Virus record (IMG/VR): IMGVR_UViG_3300028608_000007
Coordinates: 96,001 to 160,000 of that record
Strand: one strand, 5' to 3'
Source: a virus
Length of the DNA: 64,000 nucleotides
Every line of letters begins with the position of its first letter. Position 1 is the stretch's first letter. Below, piece by piece: positions 9,064 through 18,074 of this stretch. The notes beneath the pieces are model-generated. The model made no database searches. It saw only the letters and a list, made by a program, of their open reading frames with translations, and had not been told where the DNA came from. A program made the position numbers and the translations under genes.

Positions 9064-9448
9064 GTTCTTTATTACCCCCAGTCAGCTTTTCGTAAAGCTC
9101 TTTCAAGTCAGTGAAGAAGAGTTGCTTCTTGTAGCCGGTGGTTTTGAACATCTCAGCCACCTCTGCCGCCATTTCGTCGATCGTGGTTTCGCTCCCCTTG
9201 GAGATCGCACGGTAGTAGACTTGATGACGAGAGAAGCTGTGGTGCATGTCACGCGGATTGATGCCTTCCACGTTACACGCAGAATCCACACGTTCCTTAA
9301 AAGGAATGCGGGATTCTTCTTTGCTTTGCGTCATGAAGATCACGCTGGCAAAGCTTTCGTTATTCGCCACTGACAACGATTGACGCAAACTACCGAGTTG
9401 TACCTCGATAGGGTAAACAAAGTCTTTCGGGTAATCTGTTACGAACAT
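9056..9448 (-). CDS. Hypothetical protein
   Basis: 130-aa ORF in the operon. Confidence 0.65.
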   Translation of the reverse strand: MFVTDYPKDFVYPIEVQLGSLRQSLSVANNESFASVIFMTQSKEESRIPFKERVDSACNVEGINPRDMHHSFSRHQVYYRAISKGSETTIDEMAAEVAEMFKTTGYKKQLFFTDLKELYEKLTGGNKEHG

Positions 9449-9855
9449 GGAGACCTCGGTGCGTATCCGATATTGTCAAAGAGACCGGCGATACTAAGAT
9501 CGTCAGTGAAGAAGTACACGTCGTTATCGGGGAAACGTTCACCCCATTGTTGCATATCGATGAAGGTCATGGTCGGACCGTCATTGATTACCCCACCCCC
9601 ATCGAACTTTTGATTACGCCAACCATGTCCAAAGCTGATGTTGTTCTCTTCGGTGAAGGTTGTCCAGTCGATACAGTTCTCTTCCCGCACCGTTTCCAAA
9701 GAAAGCTCCCAACGCTCATTAAGAGCCTCGGAAGTATCCAGACCCGTCACAAACTTACAGCCCCCACCCACAGGTGGATTGTGAAGAACGAATTGCATCA
9801 TCTCCACTACAGTTCCTTTGTACAGCTTTACGTTGTCAGGTAAGGTCCGTTTCAT
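9439..9855 (-). CDS. Hypothetical protein
   Basis: 138-aa ORF with a GGAG RBS. Confidence 0.65.
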   Translation of the reverse strand: MKRTLPDNVKLYKGTVVEMMQFVLHNPPVGGGCKFVTGLDTSEALNERWELSLETVREENCIDWTTFTEENNISFGHGWRNQKFDGGGVINDGPTMTFIDMQQWGERFPDNDVYFFTDDLSIAGLFDNIGYAPRSPCS

Positions 9856-9880
9856 TTATAACTCCGGGCATAAAAGGAAA

Positions 9881-9898
9881 AGGGGACCGAAGTCCCCT
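9881..9898 (-). terminator. Hairpin + T-tract + TATGCC on the minus strand
   Basis: AGGGGAC-CGAA-GTCCCCT; GGCATAAAA at 9867-9875. Confidence 0.8.
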
Positions 9899-9903
9899 CT
9901 GAA

Positions 9904-10176
9904 TCAGTAAGCCGCCATACTTGCGTTGGAGGTTTCGCAGATGGTGATCTTCACGTACTTCTGACTGATCAACTGGTAGACCTTACAGTCACCAATGGTC
10001 GCAATCAGTTCGTAGTTGTCGGCCATGATCTGCGGATTAGCCAGCGCTGCCTTACGGAACTCTTTCTGTTCCGCCTTGGCTAACATGGCCAAACTAACAA
10101 CCATCGAGACTGCTATCAGCGCGTAGAGGGGCCACCAACGTTTCAGATGGATACCCGCCCATTCACCGAAGCTCAC
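9904..10176 (-). CDS. Small membrane-anchored or secreted protein
   Basis: N-terminal TM/signal segment; GTGA overlap with the TAXI-like gene. Confidence 0.65.
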   Translation of the reverse strand: MSFGEWAGIHLKRWWPLYALIAVSMVVSLAMLAKAEQKEFRKAALANPQIMADNYELIATIGDCKVYQLISQKYVKITICETSNASMAAY

Positions 10177-11057
10177 TGGCGCACAGCTTTCAGGTTGCTG
10201 TTGATGGCTTTGGCCACAGCACGTTTGACGTTGCGACCTTCTTTCTTCTCGAGGTCAGCGTGCCACGAATTGTTGTACACCACTTGGGCCGACATGCAGT
10301 AGGTGCTGATGTTGGTCCAGGCGTTGTCCGACGGAATGCCCGAGTCACCTTTGTTGTCGATCTTGCAAGCGAAGTACAGAGGGTTCTCGTTGCGATCTTT
10401 GGCTTTGCCGAAGGCCGAAGCTTTGATCTCACCGATGCTCAATGTTTCCTTGAAGTCGTCAGTGATTTCATTGGTGATCAGACCAGGCCGACCCACATAG
10501 ATCATGCCACCGACTTCGATACGGATACCTCCTTTCATGGTGAAGCCTTGGTTCACAGCTTCAGCGGCCGAATACCAATCGTCGAATTCGACGGTCTTGA
10601 TATTCTTGAAGTCTTCCGAGACGTTACCGAAGTTACGCACGGTTACTTCTGCGCCAGAGCCCGAAACGAAGGCAACCGCCCGGACGAGGTTTTCTTCATC
10701 CTTCATGTCATCGAAGTTCTTGACGCCAGTCTTCCCGTGAATCCAGAAGACCGCCTCGGTGTGAGCGTTGGTCACCGCGATATCTCGCGGCAGACCCAAG
10801 GAGGTTACCGCGTCAGCCTGCATGATGGCCATGACGCAGTCGCCTTCCTTCATCAGTTGGGCGTTCTCGACAGAGCCGCCAGTGTTGACGACATCCAACT
10901 TGGCGCCGGTCTTGCGAGCAATCTCGCCGCCGATGGTTTGACCTAGGGCTTCGTACGCACCGCCTTCACCACCCGTGCAGAAGGTGAGGTCTTGTGGGAC
11001 AGCAAGTACAGCAGTGGAAGCGATGGCCAGCAAGGCACCGATCAGGAAACGTTTCAT
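10173..11057 (-). CDS. TAXI-family (TRAP-type) solute-binding-protein-like, secreted
   Basis: Signal peptide; CTGGEGGAY, NTGGSVEN and MAIMQAD motifs. Confidence 0.8.
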   Translation of the reverse strand: MKRFLIGALLAIASTAVLAVPQDLTFCTGGEGGAYEALGQTIGGEIARKTGAKLDVVNTGGSVENAQLMKEGDCVMAIMQADAVTSLGLPRDIAVTNAHTEAVFWIHGKTGVKNFDDMKDEENLVRAVAFVSGSGAEVTVRNFGNVSEDFKNIKTVEFDDWYSAAEAVNQGFTMKGGIRIEVGGMIYVGRPGLITNEITDDFKETLSIGEIKASAFGKAKDRNENPLYFACKIDNKGDSGIPSDNAWTNISTYCMSAQVVYNNSWHADLEKKEGRNVKRAVAKAINSNLKAVRQ

Positions 11058-11803
11058 TGTTTTACTCCAGTGATTTTAGCGTTGTTATCGAGCAGGGTGA
11101 CTTTGAGTTCTGGACGACCATTGGCCAGATCAGGATTCTCGTGGCCGTCGTACTTGGTGATGTCGCCGTCTTGGCAAACAACATCCAAGTTGGTGAAACC
11201 GTTTTGCAGAAGAGCCCGGCGGATGATTTCAGTCACCTGGGTCTTACCGATACCAGGAATGCTACCGCGTACTTCGATTTCCAGAGCGGGCTCAGGGAGT
11301 ACCCGTACAGTTGGGGCTACACTCACTTCTTCTTCCTTCTTAGGAGGGTTGATTAAATCGAACGTGATGATCTTGGATACGGCACGTTCAGGCCAGGTGG
11401 TAACTTTGGTCAGACCACGCATTCCAAAGTGCAACACACCTTCTGGGTCTTCCAGAATCTTGCGCACCGCATCGCCATAGGGACCTGTCGGCATGAATCG
11501 AGCCGTCATGTGATCTTCATCCATTCCCATTGGGAAGTGGAGTCGACCGCAGACTTGCGAATCATCGATGGTGTGGATGCGCTTAATAGCTGCCTCGGCC
11601 GAGAACAGCTTCGGTTCACGAGAACGTGGAGCACCGTACTCCACATACATCTCGCGGCCTTCACGACAACGACTCACCCAGGCTTCGCGTACCGACTCAG
11701 CGTCGTATTGCAAGCCATTGCGAAATGGATCGCTGAATGCGCCGAGCACCACTTCGTACGTACCGTCAGGCAACAGACGAAGATCCTTTACTTTATTGGT
11801 CAC
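11054..11803 (-). CDS. phiKZ gp175-type (S80) prohead-protease paralogue, apparently inactive, with a C-terminal extension
   Basis: Motif order PDGTYEVVLGAF, EYGAP, PTGPYG, FGMRGLT, IITFDLINPP matches my recollection of the gp175 family; the His and Ser positions are substituted. Confidence 0.6.
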   Translation of the reverse strand: MTNKVKDLRLLPDGTYEVVLGAFSDPFRNGLQYDAESVREAWVSRCREGREMYVEYGAPRSREPKLFSAEAAIKRIHTIDDSQVCGRLHFPMGMDEDHMTARFMPTGPYGDAVRKILEDPEGVLHFGMRGLTKVTTWPERAVSKIITFDLINPPKKEEEVSVAPTVRVLPEPALEIEVRGSIPGIGKTQVTEIIRRALLQNGFTNLDVVCQDGDITKYDGHENPDLANGRPELKVTLLDNNAKITGVKQ

Positions 11804-11958
11804 AGCAGTCCCCTTGCAGCAGCCATCTTTTTGTACTTCTCGATCATGGGAAAGAGATTATTCTTGTGACGCAAACCCAAACGTTCACAGCGCTTGACTT
11901 TTGCCTCTTCCTTCTTGATAGCTTTCTGAAGCTTTTCCAATTCGTCATCGCCACCCAT
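11800..11958 (-). CDS. Small basic protein (52 aa), first gene after an early promoter; not in the ORF track
   Basis: AAGGAG RBS; MGGDDELEKLQKAIKKEEAKVKRCERLGLRHKNNLFPMIEKYKKMAAARGLL; GTGA overlap with the next gene. Confidence 0.7.
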   Translation of the reverse strand: MGGDDELEKLQKAIKKEEAKVKRCERLGLRHKNNLFPMIEKYKKMAAARGLL

Positions 11959-11984
11959 TAGAATCTCCTTGGTATTGCTAGTCT

Positions 11985-12000
11985 ATAATCTACATCTGAG
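11985..12000 (-). promoter_or_regulatory. Candidate early (virion RNAP) promoter, degenerate copy
   Basis: The minus strand reads CTCAGATGTAGATTAT after an A-tract; related to the copies at 31203, 49892 and 52916. Confidence 0.6.
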
Positions 12001-12048
12001 ATATTTTTTATTACCGGTCTAAGGCGTCAGTAATTTTTTATCGTATTG

Positions 12049-12052
12049 TATG
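12049..12052 (+). promoter_or_regulatory. Candidate late promoter (TATG after a T-rich tract)
   Basis: TTTTTTATCGTATTGTATG about 50 nt upstream of a structural gene; same layout at 24047. Confidence 0.4.
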
Positions 12053-12100
12053 TTGGGCTCAAGACTGCCCACCCGTTACGTCCCTTCGAAGAGAGCGATC

Positions 12101-12634
12101 ATGACTGACTTAACCAAAGCCCCAAAACAGGTCATTATCGACCTGATCAATGCTGACAACACCCCGCTGGCACTGACCGAAGAGCTGATCACGTTTGGCC
12201 TTCCGACTGCTGCCACTGGTGAGAGTCCGCCGAAAAACACCGAGATCACCGTATCCGCCGCCGAAGGCAGTGGCTACTCTGGTTCGGTGGTTGTGACGTA
12301 CAACCGTGTTGCACTGTCGACCATTCCGACCATCGCCGCTGCACCTGCCGAGTTCCCCCTGGGTAACGCGCAGACCCTCAAGGACCTGATCCCCGAATTC
12401 AATGCCAAGTACGGCGTCAATCTGACCGACGACGACTACGTCGACGCTCCGATCCCGGAATTCACCGGTGGCCTGAACGAAGAGCACACTGTTCAGCTCG
12501 TTGCTAAAGCCGACTCGCTGATCTACATCGGCTCCGTCGACATCGTGGTACAGGGTGCTGACATCCCGCTGGCTTCCGTCCTGACCAACACCGCTCTGAA
12601 CGGTCTGGTTTACGAAGCGCCAGTGACTCCGTAA
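12101..12634 (+). CDS. Virion structural/tail-fibre paralogue (short form, DUF7941-like)
   Basis: GSVVVTYNRVAL and AKADSLIYIG family motifs; strongly biased codon usage. Confidence 0.8.
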   Translation: MTDLTKAPKQVIIDLINADNTPLALTEELITFGLPTAATGESPPKNTEITVSAAEGSGYSGSVVVTYNRVALSTIPTIAAAPAEFPLGNAQTLKDLIPEFNAKYGVNLTDDDYVDAPIPEFTGGLNEEHTVQLVAKADSLIYIGSVDIVVQGADIPLASVLTNTALNGLVYEAPVTP

Positions 12635-12651
12635 GAAACCCTGACGCTGAG

Positions 12652-12679
12652 CGGAGGAGGGGCTACGGCCTCTCCTCCG
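12652..12679 (+). terminator. Intrinsic terminator
   Basis: CGGAGGAGGGGC-TACG-GCCTCTCCTCCG followed by TTT. Confidence 0.75.
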
Positions 12680-12721
12680 TTTCTGCTGTTTTCAAGCACT
12701 TCGACTTCCAGGAGTTAACCA

Positions 12722-13516
12722 ATGAACCTCTTACCGGGATCGTCCGAAGCTGCGCTGCTCGAACTCGTCAATCAGGCCAACAGTCTGGCTCAACCCCTAG
12801 AAGTAGGGGACTTGTACTTCGGCAAAGTCAAGACTTTGTCAGGCGGGCTGGTTGAGATCCCTGCTGTAACGATGTATGACAGCGCGTATGAGGGCTACGT
12901 CAAGTTCCGCTACCAGCGCCTGAGTCTCGCCAAAGCGTTCGGTACTATCCGTCCACAACTGCGCGACATCGGTTACCCAACCCTCCACCAACTGTTACCT
13001 GTCATCAACAAAAAGCTTGGGATCAACCTTGAGCCTGTTGATGTGGTCGATGTCCAATTCGACTGGCTGGGTAACAACGAACAACTGAACATCCAGATTA
13101 CCGCAACGGCGAACTCACTGGGTTACGAAGGCTCCTTCATTGTGACCTTTACTCGTGTTCGCCCGATGTTGAACAAGGTAGTGGCCGCTACTACCCTGGA
13201 TGTGTTGAAGCACCACACTACCCCAGTGACTGGTACGCTGGCGCTGGCTATGGCCACCTACTCGATCGACTTCACCGACGAGAAGAATTCGCTACCGATC
13301 TACGCACCCTACAGATACTGGGCCAACATTGGCGCAACGCGGACTCTCTTGGCCAGCTACGGTTTCCCAAACTGGCCTCAGGCACAAATCGGTACGCTCA
13401 AGTGGGGGCTGACTTCTAGTTTCCCCGAAGCGAATCAAAGTTTCAAGAACGTGATCATCCACCCCAACCCGAATATTGCGGGCTACACGGGTGACGCTTA
13501 CCTCCATTACAACTGA
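12722..13516 (+). CDS. Tail-fibre/virion paralogue (long form)
   Basis: YQRLSL, TANSLGYEG and C-terminal YLHYN. Confidence 0.8.
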   Translation: MNLLPGSSEAALLELVNQANSLAQPLEVGDLYFGKVKTLSGGLVEIPAVTMYDSAYEGYVKFRYQRLSLAKAFGTIRPQLRDIGYPTLHQLLPVINKKLGINLEPVDVVDVQFDWLGNNEQLNIQITATANSLGYEGSFIVTFTRVRPMLNKVVAATTLDVLKHHTTPVTGTLALAMATYSIDFTDEKNSLPIYAPYRYWANIGATRTLLASYGFPNWPQAQIGTLKWGLTSSFPEANQSFKNVIIHPNPNIAGYTGDAYLHYN

Positions 13517-13533
13517 TCCTTAGAGGTGTCGCA

Positions 13534-14367
13534 ATGGCTCTTTATAAGACACCGAAGGCTGCGATCATTGGTTCGATCAAAGCGTTGAACGGTGGCGTGA
13601 CTCTGATCGAGTCCGAATACGTCTTCGGTAACCCGGTTCCGGTAGCTCCTGCAAGCGACGGCACCAACACCACCATCCTGATCTCTGCCAAGGACGCATC
13701 CAGTACCTTTGACGGATCAGTGACGGTTCGCTACACCCGACTGGATCTGGCTGACTTACTCAAACTGGTTCCAGCGTCCCTGAGTCTCCCACCGGTCACT
13801 ACCGTTTGGGAATTTGCTCAAGCCTTCAACAAAACTTACGGTACAGCATTCGAACAAGGTGACTTGGTCGACGGTCCGTTGAACTTGGCCAGCGGTACTG
13901 GTGTGGTGACGTTAACCGCACAAACCAACTCGTATGGTTGGACAGGTACAGTAGAGTTCACTGTGCAACCTGGTCGTTTCCAGATGAACCAACTGGTAAC
14001 GGTCACCACGTTGCCTGGTTTGAACTTCCCTGATCCTTACGAGGGTAAACCCTTCGGCTGGGCTTACAGTTACTGGCGAGACTTCTCTCCGCTGGAACCT
14101 GTGTTGTCATCCATCGTTGTTGAGTCGGTGGACTGGGAAAGTATTGCTCAGGCAATCACTACCCTGACTAACGACCCATGGGTAATCACTGGTCAGAATC
14201 GTTTCTCGTTGAGCGGTGCGACTCTGGAGTACAACGGACTGACTACCGGAACTGAACAAGCCAACTCGGACTACGAGAGCGTGATGATTATCCGGCTGGG
14301 TGCTGACTGCTTGGGCTACAGTGGTCGTCTGTTCCTCCACTACACTCCGGCTGAGACCGACATCTAA
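13534..14367 (+). CDS. Tail-fibre/virion paralogue (long form)
   Basis: YTRLDL, QTNSYGWTG and LFLHYT. Confidence 0.8.
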   Translation: MALYKTPKAAIIGSIKALNGGVTLIESEYVFGNPVPVAPASDGTNTTILISAKDASSTFDGSVTVRYTRLDLADLLKLVPASLSLPPVTTVWEFAQAFNKTYGTAFEQGDLVDGPLNLASGTGVVTLTAQTNSYGWTGTVEFTVQPGRFQMNQLVTVTTLPGLNFPDPYEGKPFGWAYSYWRDFSPLEPVLSSIVVESVDWESIAQAITTLTNDPWVITGQNRFSLSGATLEYNGLTTGTEQANSDYESVMIIRLGADCLGYSGRLFLHYTPAETDI

Positions 14368-14377
14368 GAGGTGATCT

Positions 14378-15154
14378 ATGGATTCCAAAGAGAAACTCTT
14401 GGACCTGATCAACGACCTCAACCAACCACAACGCGAACTGAATGACATCAACGTTCGGTTCACTGGGATTGTACCAGCAGACGAGTCGGGTGCAACAGTC
14501 CTGACTGTCGCTGGTGTTCCAGGACGTGGTTATTCTGGTCAAGTTGATCTGACGTACAGTCGTCTCAACCTCACTGAGATTCTGGACGGTAAGACGGTTC
14601 GTACCCCTGACCCCCAAACCCCCGATTCATTCTTGGAGTTGGTGAACAACGCTTACAATCTCTTCCTGACGGCGATTGACGTCGGAGAGATCACCATCCC
14701 AGAGTTGGGTGAAGGTGAGTACGCGCAGTTGACTCTGGAAGCGAGTCCTGACTCGTTGGGTTTCGTTGGTGTTGCGACTGTCCGGTTTGAGTTCGGTAAG
14801 TCATGGTTAGAGCAGGTGATCGGTAACCGTAACCTGCAAGAGCTGACTCATCCGGTGAAAGTTGACTACCGAATGTCTGCCCGGATGGTAACGTGGAACA
14901 AGGACTTCACTTGTGTCCGGGACGCCATGGCTCTGACCAAGACCCGAGAGTATACCAACTGGCCGGTGATTCAAGCGGCTGCTACTTACATGGGCATCCC
15001 TGCTTGGTCTCCGCATTACCTCGTGGACAAAGCGACTTCGGAAGTTCCCGACGCTAACCCTGAGTTTGATCGTGTGGTGATTCAGGCTGTTCACGATAAC
15101 TCCAAACTCTTGGGTCCGATCTATCTCCACTACAACGTCCTCGAAGAGATTTAG
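14378..15154 (+). CDS. Tail-fibre/virion paralogue (long form)
   Basis: YSRLNL, SPDSLGFVG and IYLHYN. Confidence 0.8.
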   Translation: MDSKEKLLDLINDLNQPQRELNDINVRFTGIVPADESGATVLTVAGVPGRGYSGQVDLTYSRLNLTEILDGKTVRTPDPQTPDSFLELVNNAYNLFLTAIDVGEITIPELGEGEYAQLTLEASPDSLGFVGVATVRFEFGKSWLEQVIGNRNLQELTHPVKVDYRMSARMVTWNKDFTCVRDAMALTKTREYTNWPVIQAAATYMGIPAWSPHYLVDKATSEVPDANPEFDRVVIQAVHDNSKLLGPIYLHYNVLEEI

Positions 15155-15156
15155 TA

Positions 15157-16113
15157 ATGGCCATTTATAAGTTTCCCCCGAAACAAGAGGTTTACGACCT
15201 CATTAACCAGGCGAACCCTGGTTTGACCAAACCGCTGACGGCAACCAACTGTGTGCTGGCAAACCCGGTGGTGATCGCTAACGCTGTGTACCCTGCATCG
15301 AACTCCTCGATCGTGGTATCCCCAGCACCAGGTAACAACGACTACATCGGCAAACAAACGCTGAAGTACAACCGTCGCGACCTGTCCAAGATGTTCCGTG
15401 GTATTACGGTACTGGTCAAGAAGTACGCAGCACGCAACCCGGTTACTGCTGGTCAACTGGCTTTCACCATCTTTGAACTGTTGCCTGACATCAACCGCCT
15501 GTACGGTCTGAACCTGACTGAGGATGACGTCAACACCGGTAATATCCTGCGTGGCTCTACGCTGGAGAATGGTCAGTACACCACCACCGTGACGGTCACC
15601 ACCAAAGCAACCTCTTTGGGCTACATTGGTTCCTTCGCTCTGAAGTGGCTCAACACCCCACAGAGTTTTGTGGACATGATCACCAGTCTGGATCTGGATG
15701 GTCGTAAGTTCCCAGGTGGTAACGTGTTCGATGAAACGCATCTTCCGATCCTGTCGGGTGAAGCGTATCGACTAGACTTCACGCAGACGCTGATCACGGC
15801 CGGGTACACACCACCGGTGTTCGCAAAATCAAACTTCTCGTGGAACTCTACGTGGATCAACGTCTATGCGGCGTTGACAGCAGCGATCAACGCGGTCTCC
15901 GGTGGCCGTACTAACCTGCGCGGTTACGTGGCTGGGGAGAACTACAAAACTCACCCAGGTAGCATTGTGGGAATGCAACACCAGTGTGTCAGTCTCCCTA
16001 GTACCGAGTTCCCTCAACTCAACAGCCGTTTCTATAACCGCTGCTTGATCGTCTTTGTACCAGATGATTGTCCGTGGGCGGCGGGACACATTATCCACCA
16101 CTTCAACGTTTGA
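15157..16113 (+). CDS. Tail-fibre/virion paralogue (long form)
   Basis: YNRRDL, KATSLGYIG and IIHHFNV. Confidence 0.8.
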   Translation: MAIYKFPPKQEVYDLINQANPGLTKPLTATNCVLANPVVIANAVYPASNSSIVVSPAPGNNDYIGKQTLKYNRRDLSKMFRGITVLVKKYAARNPVTAGQLAFTIFELLPDINRLYGLNLTEDDVNTGNILRGSTLENGQYTTTVTVTTKATSLGYIGSFALKWLNTPQSFVDMITSLDLDGRKFPGGNVFDETHLPILSGEAYRLDFTQTLITAGYTPPVFAKSNFSWNSTWINVYAALTAAINAVSGGRTNLRGYVAGENYKTHPGSIVGMQHQCVSLPSTEFPQLNSRFYNRCLIVFVPDDCPWAAGHIIHHFNV

Positions 16114-16123
16114 GGACTAGGCT

Positions 16124-17005
16124 ATGTCAGCTTACATGCAAGAATCGAAGCGTAGCCTTCTCAACTACATCAACGCCAAGAACGCTACCACGTTGGCCAT
16201 GACCGATGTGGAATTCAGCGCCCCATCGGTAATCAACGGGACGTGGCGCGGCGTGGCAAACCCGCATAACACTGCGGTACGTTTGACGGCTTCTGCTACC
16301 AGCATCTACCAAGGCACTGTTGTGGTGACGTACGACCGACTGGACCTCAAAGAGATCATCAAGATCGGTGGGTTCACGTTGCGTGCCGACCACCCAACCA
16401 GCGCACACCAATTGATGGATACGCTGGCTACTTATAACGGACTGAACTTTACCACTGACGACATTGAAGACAGTCCCGTTACCGACAACGGCAATGGTAC
16501 CTACACCGTAACCTTGACTGCAAAGCCAGGTTCTTACGGTTGGGTTGGTAGTGTCACCATCGAGAACTTTGGTCAAGGTGGTGCTCCTCTGGACCGCGTG
16601 CTGTCTGCTAACGACATGCCTGGTTTGAACTACCCAACCAGTTCGGATGCCGACGTGTACGGTGCCCTGTACCTGTACTCCTACGACTTCACCGATTTCT
16701 ACGATCTGTTGTTAGATCTGGAAGAAGGTGTACCTCTGACTGGACAACAGGCTGTAGACCTCGCCGCTGCGATCAACCTGTACGACGTGTCGACCGGTGC
16801 AGGTGCATGGAACGCTTCTTCCGAACAAGCAGCGTGGTCCCTACAAGGTGCGGTGCCGTTCTTCAACGGACTCAACACTCCTGAGTTGCTGACCAACAGC
16901 AACTACAAATACGCTCTGCTCTTGGATCTGCGTCCAGGTGTCACCATGCCGAAAGGTCGGATGGCCCTGCACTACAACGATCCGATTGATAGCGGTTCCG
17001 TCTGA
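16124..17005 (+). CDS. Tail-fibre/virion paralogue (long form)
   Basis: YDRLDL, KPGSYGWVG and MALHYND. Confidence 0.8.
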   Translation: MSAYMQESKRSLLNYINAKNATTLAMTDVEFSAPSVINGTWRGVANPHNTAVRLTASATSIYQGTVVVTYDRLDLKEIIKIGGFTLRADHPTSAHQLMDTLATYNGLNFTTDDIEDSPVTDNGNGTYTVTLTAKPGSYGWVGSVTIENFGQGGAPLDRVLSANDMPGLNYPTSSDADVYGALYLYSYDFTDFYDLLLDLEEGVPLTGQQAVDLAAAINLYDVSTGAGAWNASSEQAAWSLQGAVPFFNGLNTPELLTNSNYKYALLLDLRPGVTMPKGRMALHYNDPIDSGSV

Positions 17006-17010
17006 CGCAT

Positions 17011-17024
17011 GGGCCTTCGGGCCC
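17011..17024 (+). terminator. Intrinsic terminator
   Basis: GGGCC-TTCG-GGCCC followed by TTTT. Confidence 0.75.
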
Positions 17025-17039
17025 TTTTAGGAGATCCTT

Positions 17040-18068
17040 ATGTTAAGGGCTGCTATTGGTTTCGAACACTGCGTCAAGAACGTAGTGGATACTTGGATGG
17101 CACAATCTGGTTGGGCCATCACGCGTCACCCTCTTTTCCCGACTTATGGTAAAGGATTGATCGTCAACAACGATGGATGGCTGACCGTTCCAGAAGGCAT
17201 TGCGCCAGGATCAGAGTCGTACGCACACATCGACTTACGCCCACTGTTGGACAATAGCGGTAGAGCTACGGCAATCGCATTTGGTTATCGAGCCAAGTTG
17301 GTGAAACCGGCTGTTGCTGGTTTGGGTAACCTGTGTTTGTGGGGTTCAAACCCAAGCACTACGGGCACTCACGCACTGGCAACCTTTGCCAACTTGTTTC
17401 CTGCTGGTAGTCCAGAAGGAACCGAGTGCCTGGTTGAGATTGTGCTCGATCTGGTTTCGACCTATCGCTACACCTACGTCAACGGAGTGATGTTAGGTTC
17501 CGCCATCTACAACGGACTCAGCACCGCGCTTATCAAAACCGGTGACTTCGGCATCTATTGGTCACCGTGTCCTGCCAACACCGCAGGCTATGTGGCAATC
17601 CGTGATATCTGGGTAACCGACGATCTACCCGGTGACGGTATGTCGGGTCGTTTGGGCGACATGAAAGTCCGTCCGTTGACCCTGACATCGGCAGTGGGTA
17701 ATGGTTGGGCTGCCTCTGATGGTGGTTCTCTGTTGGCTGCTCTGACTGCCCCGACTGACAAGGTCAATCCGGCGTTGGTTGAATCTAGCCTCGGCGCTGG
17801 AACCCTGGATTTGAAGTTTTCTTCAGCGCTTCCAAACAACGATGCAGTGCAAGCTATCCAATTAATCCTCAACGCAAAGGGTAGCAGCAACAACGCTGCG
17901 GCCGATGTGTCGATGGAACGTAATGGGATTGTTTCGCCCAAACGTCGCACTCAATTGGACCTTGCCTTGAAAGGGCGATCCATGCGGACGTGGCCATTAG
18001 CACCGGACGGCAGTCGCTGGTCCAACGCCAACTTGGCTGAGACCACGATTAAAATCACTCCAGAGTAA
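17040..18068 (+). CDS. Beta-sandwich (ConA/lectin-like) virion protein, putative receptor-binding tip
   Basis: All-beta pattern; shares the DxxV..LG..V..L and C-terminal P.G..W motifs with 19930 and 21000. Confidence 0.6.
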   Translation: MLRAAIGFEHCVKNVVDTWMAQSGWAITRHPLFPTYGKGLIVNNDGWLTVPEGIAPGSESYAHIDLRPLLDNSGRATAIAFGYRAKLVKPAVAGLGNLCLWGSNPSTTGTHALATFANLFPAGSPEGTECLVEIVLDLVSTYRYTYVNGVMLGSAIYNGLSTALIKTGDFGIYWSPCPANTAGYVAIRDIWVTDDLPGDGMSGRLGDMKVRPLTLTSAVGNGWAASDGGSLLAALTAPTDKVNPALVESSLGAGTLDLKFSSALPNNDAVQAIQLILNAKGSSNNAAADVSMERNGIVSPKRRTQLDLALKGRSMRTWPLAPDGSRWSNANLAETTIKITPE

Positions 18069-18074
18069 TTGTCA

